The translations under genes were made by a program, and so were the position numbers. DNA of 64,000 nucleotides, from contig NW_019028990.1 of the NCBI RefSeq assembly GCF_002105155.1, positions 558,001-622,000 on the forward strand, given 5' to 3'. The notes under the pieces are model-generated. The model saw only the letters and a program-made list of their open reading frames with translations, was not told the origin of the DNA and searched no databases. Of the stretch, positions 36,445 to 51,281 are shown in pieces. Positions within the stretch are counted from its first letter, which is position 1. The number at the start of each line of letters is the position of its first letter. The stretch comes from Lobosporangium transversale. Its lineage: Eukaryota.

Positions 36445-37458
36445 ATGGCAGATAGCCCAGACGCACCTTCAAGTGAACATGTTAAGCCCCGCGAGGTTCC
36501 ATACTGTGGTTTCTGCTCATTGCCACCAGAGTACTGCGAGTTTGGACCTACTCTGGAAAAGTAAATGCTGAAGGCATCATCTGCACTTTTTTTTTTTTTT
36601 TTTTTTCCAATATCTAAACAAATGTTTCGTCTCATCATGACATTGTTATTGATTTTTTTTTAACTCTCTGGAACTTTTATCTATTATCAGATGTAAAGAA
36701 TGGTTGAGCAGAAACGATAAAGTGCTGTATGCTATTTTGTATAATACTTTGGAGGATCAATTAGCGTCCACATCACTCGGCGAGAGCAAGCCAGAAGAAG
36801 ACAAGAAGAGGGCAAAAGGTAGGCAGAAGCCAATATATATACATATATTACAGCGGCTTCCTTGCTTACAAGATCGGGTCCTTATTAATCCAATTTGGCT
36901 TTGCCTATGTCTTTTTTTATTTTTTCCTTCGATCACCCGAAAATCCTAATTAACAGAGGCTGCCAAGATTGAAAAGCAATTGCAGAAGAAGATGGTATGA
37001 AAGGAAACACCTTTTTTTTTGTAGGATTATAATAGTTGTTTTATATTGACGTTTATACTTACTGAAATTTATTTTCACAGGCATCCAAGGTTCTGATCAA
37101 GAGAATTGAACGGACCAAGAGAAAATGTGTCACATGTGTTTTTGGACTGGAGAACTTTGGTAATCCTAGGTTTTCAGAATCTTCGCTCATTCTTTTCACT
37201 CTTTTGTGTCCATATCTTAACAATATGTTATCGCTTATATTAATATGAATATTAGATGTCGACCTCAAGAAAGCAGCCAAACTTTTTGCCAACAAATTTG
37301 CATGTGGAGCATCAGTTACAAAGAATAACCAGGGCAATGATGAGATTGTAGTCCAGGGCGACCTATCGGACGAAATTTTCGAACTCATTCTGGAGCACTG
37401 GCCAATTGTGCCTGAAGATAACATTGATCTGATTGAGGACAAGAAGAAGGGCAAATAG
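36445..37458 (+). CDS. TMA22: Translation machinery-associated protein 22 / DENR (SUI1 domain)
   Basis: Manual translation MADSP...YCGFCSLPPEYCEFG; later exons IKRIERTKRKCVT, VDLKKAAKLFANKFACGASVTK and EIVVQGD. Confidence 0.93.
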
Positions 37459-37800
37459 TGAAAAAAAAAAAATAAGTAGAGAAAAATAAACTTTTTCTTG
37501 ACATTTTTACGGAAGAGCAATTGTCGTGGAAAAAAAAAAAAAAAAAAAAAAAAGCTTAAACATTTTATCATTATATATAATATGCACCCTTGTGGAGTAC
37601 ATGTACTTTCCAAAAAGCGTTGGGACGATTCTTGACAGTTCATGCAGTTCCTAACCAATTGCTTCATGGCGAGATTTCATTAAGAGCATTTTATTCTGTG
37701 ACTCCATGTTTTCTCAGCCAAAGACAATTTTAACTTTCGAGCGACATTTGACATTTGACATTCCTTTTTTTTTTTTTTTTTTTTTTTTTAACAAGTCCGA

Positions 37801-39196
37801 ATGTCGCGACCCGCAAGAAGGCAAGTCGCCAAGGATAAAGTAATCGGCCCTCATCCCTCTGCAAGAGATAAACAGCAGTCGGGACAGACTTATAATATCT
37901 ACTACGACCGATGGAGTGGAGGTGATAGTCGATCTCAGGGCTTAAACAGCAAAAGCAAAGCGCAGTATCGGTGTGATCCTATTAAGGATTCTGGGACCAC
38001 CAAAGGGACCTACAACCCTAATGCATATTTTTGTGCCTTCTTTGCTAAAGGATGCTGCCCTCATGGGTAAGTAAAAAAAAAAAAAAAAAAAAAAAGGAAA
38101 AGATCTTAGTTTGCAAACAACTATAGAGTATGACTCACTCTGTCGCTTTATTGCTTTACATGACTTATGTCTTTTTTTCACCGACACCATTTATCATTAG
38201 AGAAGATTGTGCATGGCTGCATAGGCTACCGACACGTCAGGATCATGTTGAGTCTGGACTAGATGTTTTTGGACGTGAGCGATATGAAGAACATCGGGAG
38301 GATCGAGGTGGTGTGGGATCTATGCTATCCGACACCAAAACACTCTATGTGGGAAAGATACATATATCACCAGATATGCAAGCCATTGTTGAAAAACATT
38401 TCAAAGCATGGGGAGAAATTGAACGCATCAAAATTTTGAAGGATAAGGGGGTCGCATTTGTAACGTATCAGAGCCGACTGAATGCAGAGTTTGCTAAAGT
38501 GGCCATGACAGATCAATCTTTGGACCATGGAGAGGTAAGACGAGAAGAAATAATGATTGCTGATCTGCTGCAGTCGAAAGATTAGAGCAGTTAATTCTGA
38601 AGCGATATGGGCTGAACGGCTAAAATCGAGCCAATCTTCTTATATAGATCCTTAACATCAGATGGGCGACAGAAGATCCCAATCCAAGGTCACAAGCGAT
38701 AGCAAAGCGAAAAGCAGTGGAGATGGCGCGTGAAGCTATCGAGTCCAAAATATCGGGGGATTATAAGCAGGCACAACATCTTCCTGGTTCCGAAGAAGCC
38801 ATTATCGAACAATCAGAGAAACGACAACGCTATGACACCAACTTGAAAGAGACTCAACAATCGCAGCCAACATTATACATTGGAGCAGACGGTCTGTACT
38901 ATTATGACTATGGTGATTATGGGTATAATTTTGAGACACAACAATATGATCCAGGTCGCTTGAGTCATTCTCAAGAGCACAATAAAAACAGCATCCAACA
39001 AAGTCAGCTCCAGGAAGAGTCAAAAGTGCCTTCACTCCAAGAACGAATCAAAGCATCACTATTAACCTCCGCAAATGCAGCGCCAAACCCCTCATTAGCT
39101 ATAAGCGCCAAGGACAAAAAACCAGTGCCCGTAAAGTCTGCTCTAAGCGCTCTAGCCGGATATAGTTCAGATTCCGAGAGCGGAAGCGAGTCGTAA
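37801..39196 (+). CDS. CWC2: Pre-mRNA splicing factor CWC2 (CCCH zinc finger plus RRM)
   Basis: RPARRQ, YNIYYDRWSGG, FCAFFAKGCC, TLYVG, AEFAKVAMTDQSL and LNIRWATEDPNP. Confidence 0.92.
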
Positions 39197-39309
39197 TGTA
39201 ATATCAGAATAACAACGACAGCTTTAATAGTAATAAAAACAATGACATAAAATAAATAATAATGGCGGAAGAGAATGGTTTCACTGCCTTTGCCTTAATA
39301 ATGAAAAGA

Positions 39310-40684
39310 CTAATGATCATCCTCTGACTCCCCAGGACAGATTTCCTTTAGATCTGTGGGACTATCATAAAGTGCGGAGCACCAGAAGCAATAACAGTAC
39401 TCGTCTCGGAGGTATTTCACAACCCTATCAAGCTTTTCACGAACCTAAGTACAGTGGATGACAAAGGAAGTGAAGCGTAATGAGTCTCTAACCCTATCGT
39501 CATCATACAAACGAAGATCTCATCCATTAGGTACTTTACAACCCTACCTCTAACTGAGCAAATGAGGGCCGCTCTCCCCACTTGGGTGGCTCTTCGACTT
39601 CTTCTTGGACCACGTCTTCATATATTTCGGCACTTTGTAACGGATCTAGTTTTATCCGTTTCTCTACTCCGTGGCTGAGATCGTTTCCCCTTCTCTCGTC
39701 GTCACCAAGTTCTGACGTCATTAGTTCAGGTGTCACTCCTTGATCTTGCTCATTCTCTACATGAGCGCCAGGCCCCATCATTGATGTACCAAGAATTTCA
39801 TCCGATACAGAATCATCAATCCACCAGAAAGGATTAGATCGTCTCCTTTGATTATGCTCTATATCAGCAGCAGGGTCAGATTCTTCTGGAACCTTCTTTT
39901 GGTTTTCTGGCTCCATCCGCTCCGTTTTTCTTCTTGCACTGTTAGAGTCCATGCGCATACAGATGCTTCGTGCTGCTGTAAGCTGACGGGTCCATTTCGC
40001 CAGATCAAATAGATCTCGCTTCTGACCACGGAAATCTTGATCGAATGCAAGGCGTGCTTCCTCTTCATGTCGCTTTAGTTCTTCCTCTGCCTGTCTTTTT
40101 CGCTCAGAATCCATCCCCAATCCCCCACGTCCCTGTTTAATCTCAATAGCCAGCGGTACTCTTAACGCTTCCGGACGAGCGGCTACATTCTCTGCGTTGA
40201 GATTTGAAGGTGATAAGGTAGGAACAAGTTCACTGTCTGATGATTGTTTACGTGCCCCTAATGTCCCACCTTTCCTAAAAGGAGGAGAGCAGAAGATGAT
40301 AGAGGAAGGAATGTAATCAGAAAAGGTTGAACCGCTCAATGGGGAAAATAACATCGCCAAATAAAATAGGATAAAGTAAAATAAAATGAAATAAATAACA
40401 ACCTACTTGAAGCCCATTTTGAGTAACATGGCCATGCCCTTGTTATCCTCTCCAATCTCCTTTTGCAAGCCCTGAGTACGTGCCTCTTTCTCACGTACAT
40501 GGAGTGGTTTAGGGAGATTAGCAATATGTTCAAGTTGTTTTTGTCGTCGTCGCTCAGAGTAGGTCATATTGGCTTTTTTGGCCTTCACGTCCTGGTTCTC
40601 CTGCTGCACTAGGTTGTTCAGGAACGCTTCGGACATGTAGTCCTCCTCTTCAACTTCTTGTTGTGGTTGTTTTGGGTTAATCAT
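39310..40684 (-). CDS. G-patch domain protein 11-like (G-patch plus C-terminal DUF4187-type domain)
   Basis: EEDYMS; NKGMAMLLKMGFK..GGTLG...GRGGLG; C-terminal YLRDEYCYCFWC...CPGESEDDH. Confidence 0.85.
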
Positions 40685-41591
40685 TATACAAATTCAATGA
40701 ATCAGCGTTTCTTGAAGCTAAAATGAGTTGAGGATGGTCGCAATTAATTATTTTTTTCTTTTAAAGCTGCGGACGCGTTCTTTGTTCTTTAGTTTGTATT
40801 AGACCGAAAAAGGGGCCACAGTAATATTAAAAACTTTATTCTGGTTTGAGGCCAAATACATAATCTAAGCTTAATGAGCATCGCTTTCTTTCTTATAAAT
40901 ACGGTCTCTTAGCAATCACTTTGTTAGTGCTCTGGAAAGCGACAAAAGGACGAGCATAGCAGGATAAATGTCTATGATCCAACTATTGACGGATTTGCCG
41001 TTTGGTGAATGGTGATAGTCTGATAGATGAATGCAGCACACGACTAATTTAGGAGCACAAACGCGATGTTTGCCTCCAAAAGAGTAATAATGCGAACAAC
41101 AAGGATCGTTTTGATCTGTCCTTGTGAGATTTTGCCCACTCATTAAAGTTCGTTTTATACTGGAAATGTGACATTGATAAAAGAAAAGGGAGTATCTAGA
41201 ATAACACCGAACTCATGCTTCATTAATGACTGTAAACCAAATGGCCTAGCCGAGTCACGTCTCCCATGCCTGTACCAATCAGTAAAGAGGAGACAACCGT
41301 ATTCACTATGCATAAGCTACAATACCGCTCAATGCAGCTGTACCTATTGCATTTTATATAAAGAAAAGTAAGAGGTAGAAACGATACTGATAAAGAAGAT
41401 TTATTAAGCCTGCAATATGTCTATCTTTTGGAGCTTAAAGTATATGCGCTCTAAGCCCGGAAAGCTCACTCTATAGTGCTTCAAAAGCAGCACACGAACA
41501 CACCAGCTACGTGTGCCCTAATGTGATATTAGAAAACCTAACAAAGAAACCCTAGACGCCCAGCATGGGCGTCATTATTAAAATATTTATT

Positions 41592-41793
41592 TTACTTGAC
41601 CTTGTGGCGGTTCAACAACTTCATTAACATAAATACAATTAAGTTCCAGCAAAGAGCAATATAAAGCATGTACGAGATGGCTTTCTTATAGTTGTCGAAT
41701 GAAAATGTGTCCACTAACAGATGATGCTTGAGTTCATTATAGCTAAAAGGATAAATCATAATAAAAAGATGTATAAGTTAACCATAACAAATC

Positions 41794-41833
<40 letters not shown>

Positions 41834-44800
41834 TATTTTTTTTTTGGCTTGAAGAGTGATAAACTTACTCTCTGAATTCCATTTCTTTCAGATAAAATGC
41901 CTCAACTGCCCATCTTGGGGCACTAACAGTCCAAAGCCAGCGAACAGAGGCATATCTGGGGCTCGTCATGACCTTGTATAGACGAGGCGATGAACCGCTG
42001 AAGACCAGAGCCCATGTAAGAGACATACCCGTCCCTGCCAACCCAAGCATAGAGCGATTGAAGGCCGCTGAGACGAAGTAGCCCAGAGCAAACGCGTTGA
42101 TGTATATAATTAAGACAAGTGCCAACAGCTGAGTCATCTTCTGGTTATATGCAAAGAAGAATATGAATGAACTTGTATACATGCAGGCTATTGCATTGGA
42201 AATAGGAAATCAATATAAAATAAGAGTCAGGGATGTGTTTCAATAGAATTACTTTCACATCTCTATAACGAATTTAATGACTTACTAGCAACGATCATAC
42301 GAGGCACATCGGCCAGGATCTTGGCAAGATAGTACGGGAGAGTAGGCATGCCTGCGGAGGAATCACGCCAAAACACAGCTATAAAATAATTAAAATGATC
42401 GTAATTGTAATAAGTGATAAGTGATACTTTTTACTTTATTTTTATCCTTGAATCTTGGTGTCATACCTTTTTCGTCGCCGAATGTACGAGTCCCGACACT
42501 AATGCCTGCGAAAAATATTCCGAGCGTCATAAACATGCCAACATAACCAATGTCATCGAAGGGCGTTGCACATGTTAACTGCAACGCTGGGGGCGCTATC
42601 GCGCAAATCTCGGCTGGTTGACGGGCTACATTTAGCATATGTAGCAAGGCAAGCAGGTTAGGGAAAATAAAAAATAAAAGATACAGACAGATATCGATAT
42701 ATAGTTTTTTTGTTTCAAAACTTACGGATATACAACATGTCTTTAGAAGCAAATGATACACAAAGGCCACAAGCCAAATGTAAAGCCTGGTCTCCCAAGA
42801 AATCGAGTTGGGATCGATAGTTTTGTAGGCAAGCACGCCTGAAACTGTTTTTTTTTTTTTTTTTTTTTTTTACATATAAATAATAACAATCAATGAAAAA
42901 AAAATTGGCTTAGCACATTAACAATGTTAGCACATCATAATGTATAAAAGACAAGAGCTCACCAGAGGATGAAGACACTGCCGAACGATGGTGTTTCGCG
43001 GACTGGATCTTTTTCTCCTGTAAACTTGCACTTGATGCTCCAAAGCCAATGACTAAACTCGTCTGCGACATCTCTGCACCAGTATCCAATGTCCGCCCAA
43101 GTGGAGATCAAGGACATATGAACAGATGACAAAAACCCGTGCTTTTTAAGGCTCTTATTAGACTTCTCAGTGCTATCACATGAGGTATAACTGGATGAAC
43201 CTTCCAGAGTAGAAATGGGGACGCTATATGTAGGTGACTGAGGCCGAGAAGTTTGATGCAAAGCCATTGTTGAAATATGGCAATTATACTCCACAAGAGC
43301 TGCTGCTGTTGTCAGTCCGAATCGCTTCTCTTCAAGACGGTAGTCATGGTCATGGGCATCCAGGTGCATTCCAGTCTGTTTGGCCAAGTCATGCTTGATA
43401 GGAGATGCCTGATTCGAGTCATAGTTCGAAAGGTGGACAGTGGTCATGGTGTCGCTCTCGTGGATAGCATGTCTCCCTGCTTTGCTCATATCTCTGTCAT
43501 TACTGTACTGTTCCCAATGGACGAATAGCTCATTGACTCGCTCTTTTGGACTCTTGCTCCTGGGGCTTCGCCGATCATTATGAGGTCGCTCCTGGCTATT
43601 GTCGCCCCCACGCCTTCTAAAATAGCCTAACGAAGCTGATGAGGCTTTTTCCACACGCCCGGCAGCAAGGGAGATGAAGAAGTCTGCTGGACTTTCGCCG
43701 TCGGGGACAGGATATCCGATGCTTTCAAAGTAATGAGCAGCCTCCTCTCGAGGGCCAGCGTATACAACACGGCCGCCCGCACCCAAAAGTAACAAATCAT
43801 CAAATTGATTGAAAGCATGGGGCGATGGTGAGTGAACGATCGCTGCTACTGTCAAAAACTGCTCTTGAGCAATTTGCTTAAGCAGTTTACAGACTTCAAG
43901 TGAGGTAGCGGAGTCAAGGCCCGATGTTGGTTCATCCAAAAATAGGATCGAGGGAGAAGCGACAAGCTCCATGCCAATATTGACACGCTTGCGCTCACCG
44001 CCTGAAACACCGCGTGTTTCGATATCGCCGATGGGATTATCCATAATATGACCAATTCCAAGGAATTGAATTACCTCCAAGACCTTAAGGCGCTTTTCGT
44101 TATGACTCATGTGGACAGGCTGTCGCATTCTTGCTGAATGCTAAAAAGAGAGAGAAAGATACAAATACAAACAGGAACATTGTCAAGCTTGGGCAAGCAA
44201 CCAAAATTGAGGGGATAGTAGCTAGATTCTAAGCGTAGAGAGAACACTCACCATCAAAATCTCGCGAACAGTCAATTCTGATAGCATGATATCCTCCTGA
44301 GGAACGAACCCAATTAATTTCTTCCAGAGACTCAGTGTCTGTTCTTTACCATTGACTTTGATAATTCCGTCTGTCTTGGCGACCTTTCCAGCGAGGATTG
44401 ACAAGAAGGTTGTCTTCCCTGCGCCCGAGGGTCCCATAACAGCACATGTTCTACCAGCAATAAGTCTTCCGCTGATATTCTGAGCGATTTAGTTAAGTTA
44501 TGCGACATAAAGAGGAAATATTCGAGGTGATAAATATCCAGTAATAAGGTAAAATACACAGCATTCACATTGTTTGGAGCAAAAAGTTTTTCTTTCTCTC
44601 TTTTCTCCTCTCTCTTTCTCTCTTCTTTTTACCTTAATAATATCAGAACCTGTCGGCAAGGTCAACCCCAAATTTTCAAAACAGATATCAAATGAACGTT
44701 CTGCTCTGGGCAGTGTCATCGTGCTGGCATTCATATTTCCAGCAGCCGCAGCTGCAAGAGCCAGGCTACGCTGGCTGGCCGCGAAGTCATATGCACCTTC

Positions 44801-46155
44801 TAAACCGCCGCCACCGCCACCACCGCCCCGTGATCTTGACGAAGCTGCCCTAATCCTATCCTCGATTATTATAGACTGTGCAAGCTCTGCAACTTCCTTC
44901 TTACGCCTCTTCTCACTCTCTATTTCAGCACTATTGTCACCCAATTCACGAAGACGTCGAGAATAGCGAATGTGCTGTGCTCTAACGATCCTCTTTTTGA
45001 TCGCAAACATCCCCATAACAAACAATGCAAATACCAACAAGACTGCACCTAGACCATATTTCTCAATCGCAGATGTACCACGTGGGCAGAACCCTAAGAA
45101 ATTGCACGGAAGCTGGAGAAATAAGAAAGACGCAAGGTGAGTATATCCATCAAGTATAAAAGATAAAATAGATAAATGAAAGTAAATAAAAACAATAATA
45201 ATAAGTAGAAGATGACGATTACTTACAGCCCTAGTTGAAGCAAGTGGACAAAAGTATCCCTCAGGGCAAACCTCTATTGATTTGGTATCAGTGCTACATA
45301 AGTACCCTTTGCAGCAAAGGGTTGGCTGCGCTGTATTTTCTGGACAATAGAATCCAGGGAGGCATGGCACCGAAATATTGGGCGCAGCACAAAAGTTGCT
45401 GTGTTCAATCAAGTTTAAAAAAAGCAAAAATAAGTCAAACAAAATAACAAAACAAAACTTGACAAAACATTCAAAGTAAAAAATAAAATAAATAAAATAA
45501 AAAATCCAGCATACCCAGCCTCACATTCCCAGACTAGGCCTGCTGGAGTGTCATTGGGGCTCGTAGGAGTCGAGGCCACAGGGCATTCTAGCAAGTCAAC
45601 CTGAGTATAGATGAACATTAAAACATGACGAAAAGAGAAAAGAATTGAATGAAGGCAATGCTAGAGTTGAGATCTATGCTTGTGTGTTTCTCATTCCAAA
45701 GGAAAATGGCCATTTCGGGAACTTACTGTTGGATCCTTGAAGGATTTCATTGTATAGAAGAAGCTGAAGATGCTCTTTTCAGGCTCAAAGTCCAATGGTA
45801 ATTGAGTAAGGACATCGGTCCGGGTCTCATTCGCATGAAAATCACGTACAATCTGTTGAAGCTTTTCCAAGCTGAGGTCCTTTGAGGACTTCAGTCCGGT
45901 GGGCAAAAGAGCCTTTGTAACAGTCTCCAGCTGGCTATTATTCAAGCCTTCAAAGGGCCCGAACGACTTGGGGTCAAGTAGTGCTTGTAGTTCAACTAGA
46001 TTCTTTTGTTCTGGGTGAGATTGGTGAAGATCATCCCTCTTTCTGGGCTCTTTTGGCTGCTTCTTGTTATCGGCTGCATCACCACGTCGAAAAAGAGTTT
46101 CAGGCGATGAAAAATCATCTGGGGCCATGTCTGGTTCTATATAGCTCCCCATCAT
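41592..46155 (-). CDS. ABCG (white-brown complex) half transporter with a Cys-rich N-terminal region
   Basis: Walker A GPSGAGKTT, signature VSGGERKRV, LFLDEPTSGLDS and C-terminal TMD exons; CLPGFYCP/CPEGYFCP repeats. Start codon uncertain. Confidence 0.88.
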
Positions 46156-47212
46156 TTAGAGCTGATATTTATCTGGAGAATAGAGGAGACAAAGAGTACT
46201 AAAGAATATTAAAAATATTACAGGGCTATGTTAGGCTGGGCAAAGAGCGGAGTGAAAGATTATCGATGCTTTGGAGAAAGATGAACTAAAAAAGACGAAA
46301 AAAACAGGGAACTTGAAAATGACTGAAAATGAAGGGGCCAGGAAAAATCAGCGGTTCTAGAGTGATATGCAAGTTCTTACAGGAGGAAGGAAATGAAATC
46401 AGAGGAAGAAGATGAAATAGATTATGCAAAATCAGAAGATAGAAGGGTAAAATTGTGAAGAATGCTATTGCATAGAAATGATACTGGTAAAAAGTTAATA
46501 AGGAAAGAAGGATTATGATAATAGACTGTGAGTTTTTCTATATACTCCGTGCTGTAGTTGAGGATGGATTGAGTAATGCTGACAAGAGAGGATCTTTCCC
46601 TTTATCTCAGCGTCAGAGAGCATGCACTCTTTGACAAATGTACGAAGAAATACATGAAGGTCCCTTCGCGCGTGTATATAGTTTCTCATACTCGTCCTAG
46701 TCTGTCCCAGGAGTGAATTATCTAGTGTAGATTGGAGCGCCTCCGATCATGTTGGCTTTGTAACCTCCAACCCTTAAGAGGCGGATGAAGATTCGATCTT
46801 GCCAAATGTGAAAAATGACTCCCAACAGGCAATTAAGCATGGACAATTGCATTAGCATGCAGCTTGCTTCTTTTCCTCAACCATCCCTTTATCCTTCACA
46901 ACTACATCCACTTGTCATTCATTTCAACTTCTAAGTCTCTGTTTTTTCTAACGGACCGCCATTCTTGCGCTTTGCGCGTTGCATATTGTCTCTGTGTGCT
47001 CTTCAGTTCTGTCCCTCATCATCTCCAAGTTGCGATTTATTGGAGCGATTCAACTCATCACAGGCAGAAACTCAAATAAAGGCTCTCGAACAGCAGCAAC
47101 AACCACTTTTTTATTTTTATTTTTTCTTCCCTTCTTTCCTTCCTTTGTTTCCTCTTCCCGCCTTTCCTTCCTTTGTTTCCTCTTCCTGCTCTTGTGTATA
47201 TTTTTTGTGCAC

Positions 47213-50200
47213 ATGAGTTCCGACTTACGGACATCCGCCAGAGATCTGTTATCGTTGGCACAGAAAGTGAGCAGTAAGTATGATATCTAGAATTTCTCCC
47301 GAAAACGATCCTTCCATCATGAGCTCATCAATTTGTTTATTTTTTATTTTATAGCCGTATTACAACGACATAATGACAGATTACTGGCAGGAGATCACGG
47401 GCCAATTGGGCCTGAGGAAGAAGCCTCGCGGTCAGAACAATGTCAGAGAGGTACCATCGTAGTTGATGTTTTTTTTTTTTTTTTTTTTTTTTGTTTATAG
47501 CCGTTGTTGTCGGTTCATTGATTGGCGAACCTTCTCGTGGATCTACTTCCCCTTCTCCCCCTGAATTTTAGCCATTGATGTGCGTAGACAAGTGTGGGAA
47601 AGTAGTAGATCGTTGAAGAGTGCTTTGGAACACGTGGAAGACATTGAGGATGAGGACGAACCCCGGATACTACGCGAACCTATGGATGCTCTACAGATTC
47701 ACATTAGAGATGCACTCAAAAGTAACGTTATTGTTCGATAAGGAGCTCTTCCCATGTATGTGATTCAGACAATACCTCCAGAAAAATTAAGGTATGAAGC
47801 TAACTTTTTTTTTATTTTTTATTTGCTTCTGCACATGTCCATAGTCGCATCAGATGCAGAATCCAAGAGTTCGCAATCAAAAGGGGCTGTCAACGGTTCA
47901 GAAGAAGAAGAATACGGAGAGCAAAGGAGATCTTCATTTGAGATATTATCCAAGTCATCTTCAATCTCTACAGGATCTGGAGCACGTGTGGTGATCCCAG
48001 ATATGCCGGGATCTTCTCTTACTGCTTCGATGCATCGCCATCCTGTTGGTCTTTTCTCTACATCCCCTAACTTCGCTGCCCAAACACCATTTTCATCTAT
48101 AGCAAGGCGTGGATCCGTATCTTTACCACGGCTTTCGTCTGTAATAACGCCATCAGCTACATCAACACCAACAATAGCTTCATCAACACTATTATCCTCA
48201 GAAACATTAAGCCCACCTGGTCCATTAGAGCCACCAACAGAGCTGGTTACAGCTGCAGCAGATTTAAAAGATTCCACAGAGACTAGTCTGCCGTTGTCAT
48301 TCTCATCAGCAGTAACACCAACTGCAGCAATCCACAAGGTCACTTCAGCAATTGAACCTATGAACCCCCTATCGCCATTACCGTCACAGCACGAAAGAAA
48401 GTCATCATCCTCTAAGATCACAGCTGTACCTTCATCAGGATCACAGACACAACAACCATCAAAATCGACTATGGTTGCGCTTGCTGACTCCCCATTATCC
48501 ATTGCTACGGCGCCACTGCCATTGTCGCCACCAATGGTACCCAAAAAACTAAATAAAAAAACTTTTGATTCTGCAGCTACATCACCGTCATCACCATCAT
48601 CATCTTCTTCGCTTTCAGTATCCTCTGTCACTACCTTTGCAACGGCAATGACATCGGCGCCAAACACTCCACATTCACCGCCAGTCAATTCTTTAGGATC
48701 TTGTAAGCCCATAGAACAGCAACAGCTTCAGCAGCCTCAGCAGCCTCAGCAGCCTCAACAACCTCGCCAGGCTCAACAGCCTCGTAGGGTGCCTCGGGGA
48801 CTATTTTCTTCAACCTTAACGACAACGAATTCTTCAGAACCAGGACTCTACGCTCCTATAGCACAGAAGGATTTACTCAGCGTCAATGGCGGAGCCAGTT
48901 TTAGCATTCTCAATGACCAGATTAAAAGCTCGGAGGTATCAGAGGGGTCTTCTGAGCGACTAATAACAACAGGGCACAGCACCGATAGTGCAATCACTTC
49001 CATAGAGTCGTCATTACGAAAGCCTTGGACGTCACTGCCACAATCACCTCAGACCCCTCCACCGCCCAGCTCCTCGTCTCCGGTGTTATCAACGCCAAAT
49101 GGATCCAAGAGTCCAGCCTCAACATCAATATACCGATCGCAGGCCAAGCCTTCGCCCATTCAGACTGCTAGCCCCAATGGAAATCCAAAGAAACCAAATC
49201 ATCAAAATGATGATCGAGAAGAACATATATCTCAACTAGCCAGGGATCTAGAACGAGCTATGAATCCGACACCTACAGAGCCTGTTCCCCAGTCATATTT
49301 TCTTCAGGGTGAAGGTCTACTGCAACGTATCCCTAACGATGAGGGCGACGAGCATAACCACCAGTCTAGTTCCGATCAAGCAGACTCTCCCACTACTGCC
49401 GCCACTACTATGGGAGCTTCTCCAAGTCTGTCACGCAGCGGTAGTGGTGGATCTTTGCGTCGTCAGCGATCTGGAGGGAAAAGGAGGTTTAGATTTGCGC
49501 GCTCTCGATCAAGAAACCAACCTAGAGCGCAACATGAAAGTAGGAGAAGATCATCTCTTTTGCCTATTGAGGTTGGATACATGGATACGATAACACCACC
49601 ATCATCAGCGGCTCTAGCCCATGGGTGGTTTTTTGACTCACCAGTACATCTACAATCCATTCCTAGCCCTGGTACTGGTATTCATGTTGATAGTCATCAC
49701 CATCACTCTTCTTCAGCAACATCCAGTCTCTCGCTGCAGGACAAATTCTTGACCTGGGCTGTTCAGGCAAAGCGTTATTGGCACCCATTACAGGGACCTC
49801 ATATACCTTTTGCAGAATCAGTAAGCGTCGGGAACCCCATTCGGCTTGGCAAAGGCATCGGCTCGTTCACTGCCTATACAGTCACTCTCACACTCTGCAA
49901 TCCTTCCCCCTCTTCTTCTTCAATGGTCGCCACCACTGTTGTCCCCAATCCTCCTTCAACAAATTCAACCTCAGATAGGGGTAACGGCAGTGATACTCAG
50001 TATAGCTATATACAACAACAGCGACAGCAACGAGAAGAACAAGCAGGGTCTGAAGGATCAATGACAGTCATGAGGAATATTGATAATTATCAATTAGCAC
50101 CACGATCAAGTCTTGACTCGAATCGCTCTACGATTTCAAAGACACAAAATAAGGCCTCAATCCAGATGTCTCGATCAATATCTTTTCAGGGGTTGGGGAG

Positions 50201-51024
50201 CTCTGCAGAAAGGCTATTGATGGAATTACAGTCGCCAGTGGAGGAAATTTGTCCCTCCGTTCTTCCTTCTCTTCCACCATTAGAAGCGATAGAAACCCCT
50301 GCTTCCAGCTCTCCCAATACAACAGCATCTTTCCACCAAAGAGAAACGCATACAGATACGACAACAACGACAACAACGCTATCGTCGGCTCTTGAGAATT
50401 CTGCTCGGATCGTTTGTGTACGTAAACGATACTCTGATTTTGTTATTTTACGAGCACAATTGATTGAAATGCTCAGAAGCTTCAGCAGAAGGAATAGCCT
50501 TTCTGGAGAACGCGGTCGACAGCTATCGCGACAGGATCATCATCAACCTTTAGTTTCTCATTCCGTATCTCCATCCTTTGTTGGACAGCCATCTCCACCA
50601 TTATCATCACCATCCTTTGGAGCCTACTCTTCTCGGCATACTTCACAGGGGCATAATGATGGTGACAATGATGATGGTTATAGTCATGAGGACGAGGATG
50701 AGGCGGATGGGGACAATGAGAATGAGAATGGAAACGAAGGCAGACTGGCGGATGAAGATGATATATATGAATACCAATCACGGCGTTCTTTATCGGAGGC
50801 AACTTCTACAAGTACAGCCAACAGGAACGCCGCGTCATTGATATGTAACCGTGTTATCCGTGGAATCCCCAAACTTCCCCCTAAGAAAATGGTGGGTAGG
50901 TTCAAACCAGCCTTTGTGGAGAAACGACGACGGGAGTTGGAGTATTTCTTGGAATGGGTGGTAGCTCACCCAATCATTGGTGGTTGCCCTGTCGTGGTGC
51001 AATGGTTCCTTGGCCAGTCGACAC

Positions 51025-51029
<5 letters not shown>
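47213..51029 (+). CDS. Large low-complexity protein with a C-terminal PX (Ypt35-like) domain
   Basis: GSFTAYTVTL, VRKRYSDFVILR and LPPKKMVGRFKPAFVEKRRRELEYFL. 5' exons inferred from ATG 47213. Confidence 0.75.
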
Positions 51030-51063
<34 letters not shown>

Positions 51064-51281
51064 ACCATTACTGTTTACATTTACCATACACTATGACTAC
51101 TATTATAATCATCCCTATTTCTATCATTCACTTAATATTTTTCATATATATTCGTAACAACTGTTCTGTAGAAATATAATCTAATCCTGTATAATTCATG
51201 GAAGAATAGGGACAAATCGTAATGTTGGTAATTATTGATTTGCTGCTTGCTGATAATGAGTTGAAGCTTTTCTTTTTTAAT

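Noticed and set aside
41545..41563. GC hairpin GACGCCCAGCATGGGCGTC just downstream of the ABCG stop
   Set aside because: Isolated short stem with no tRNA or other ncRNA context.
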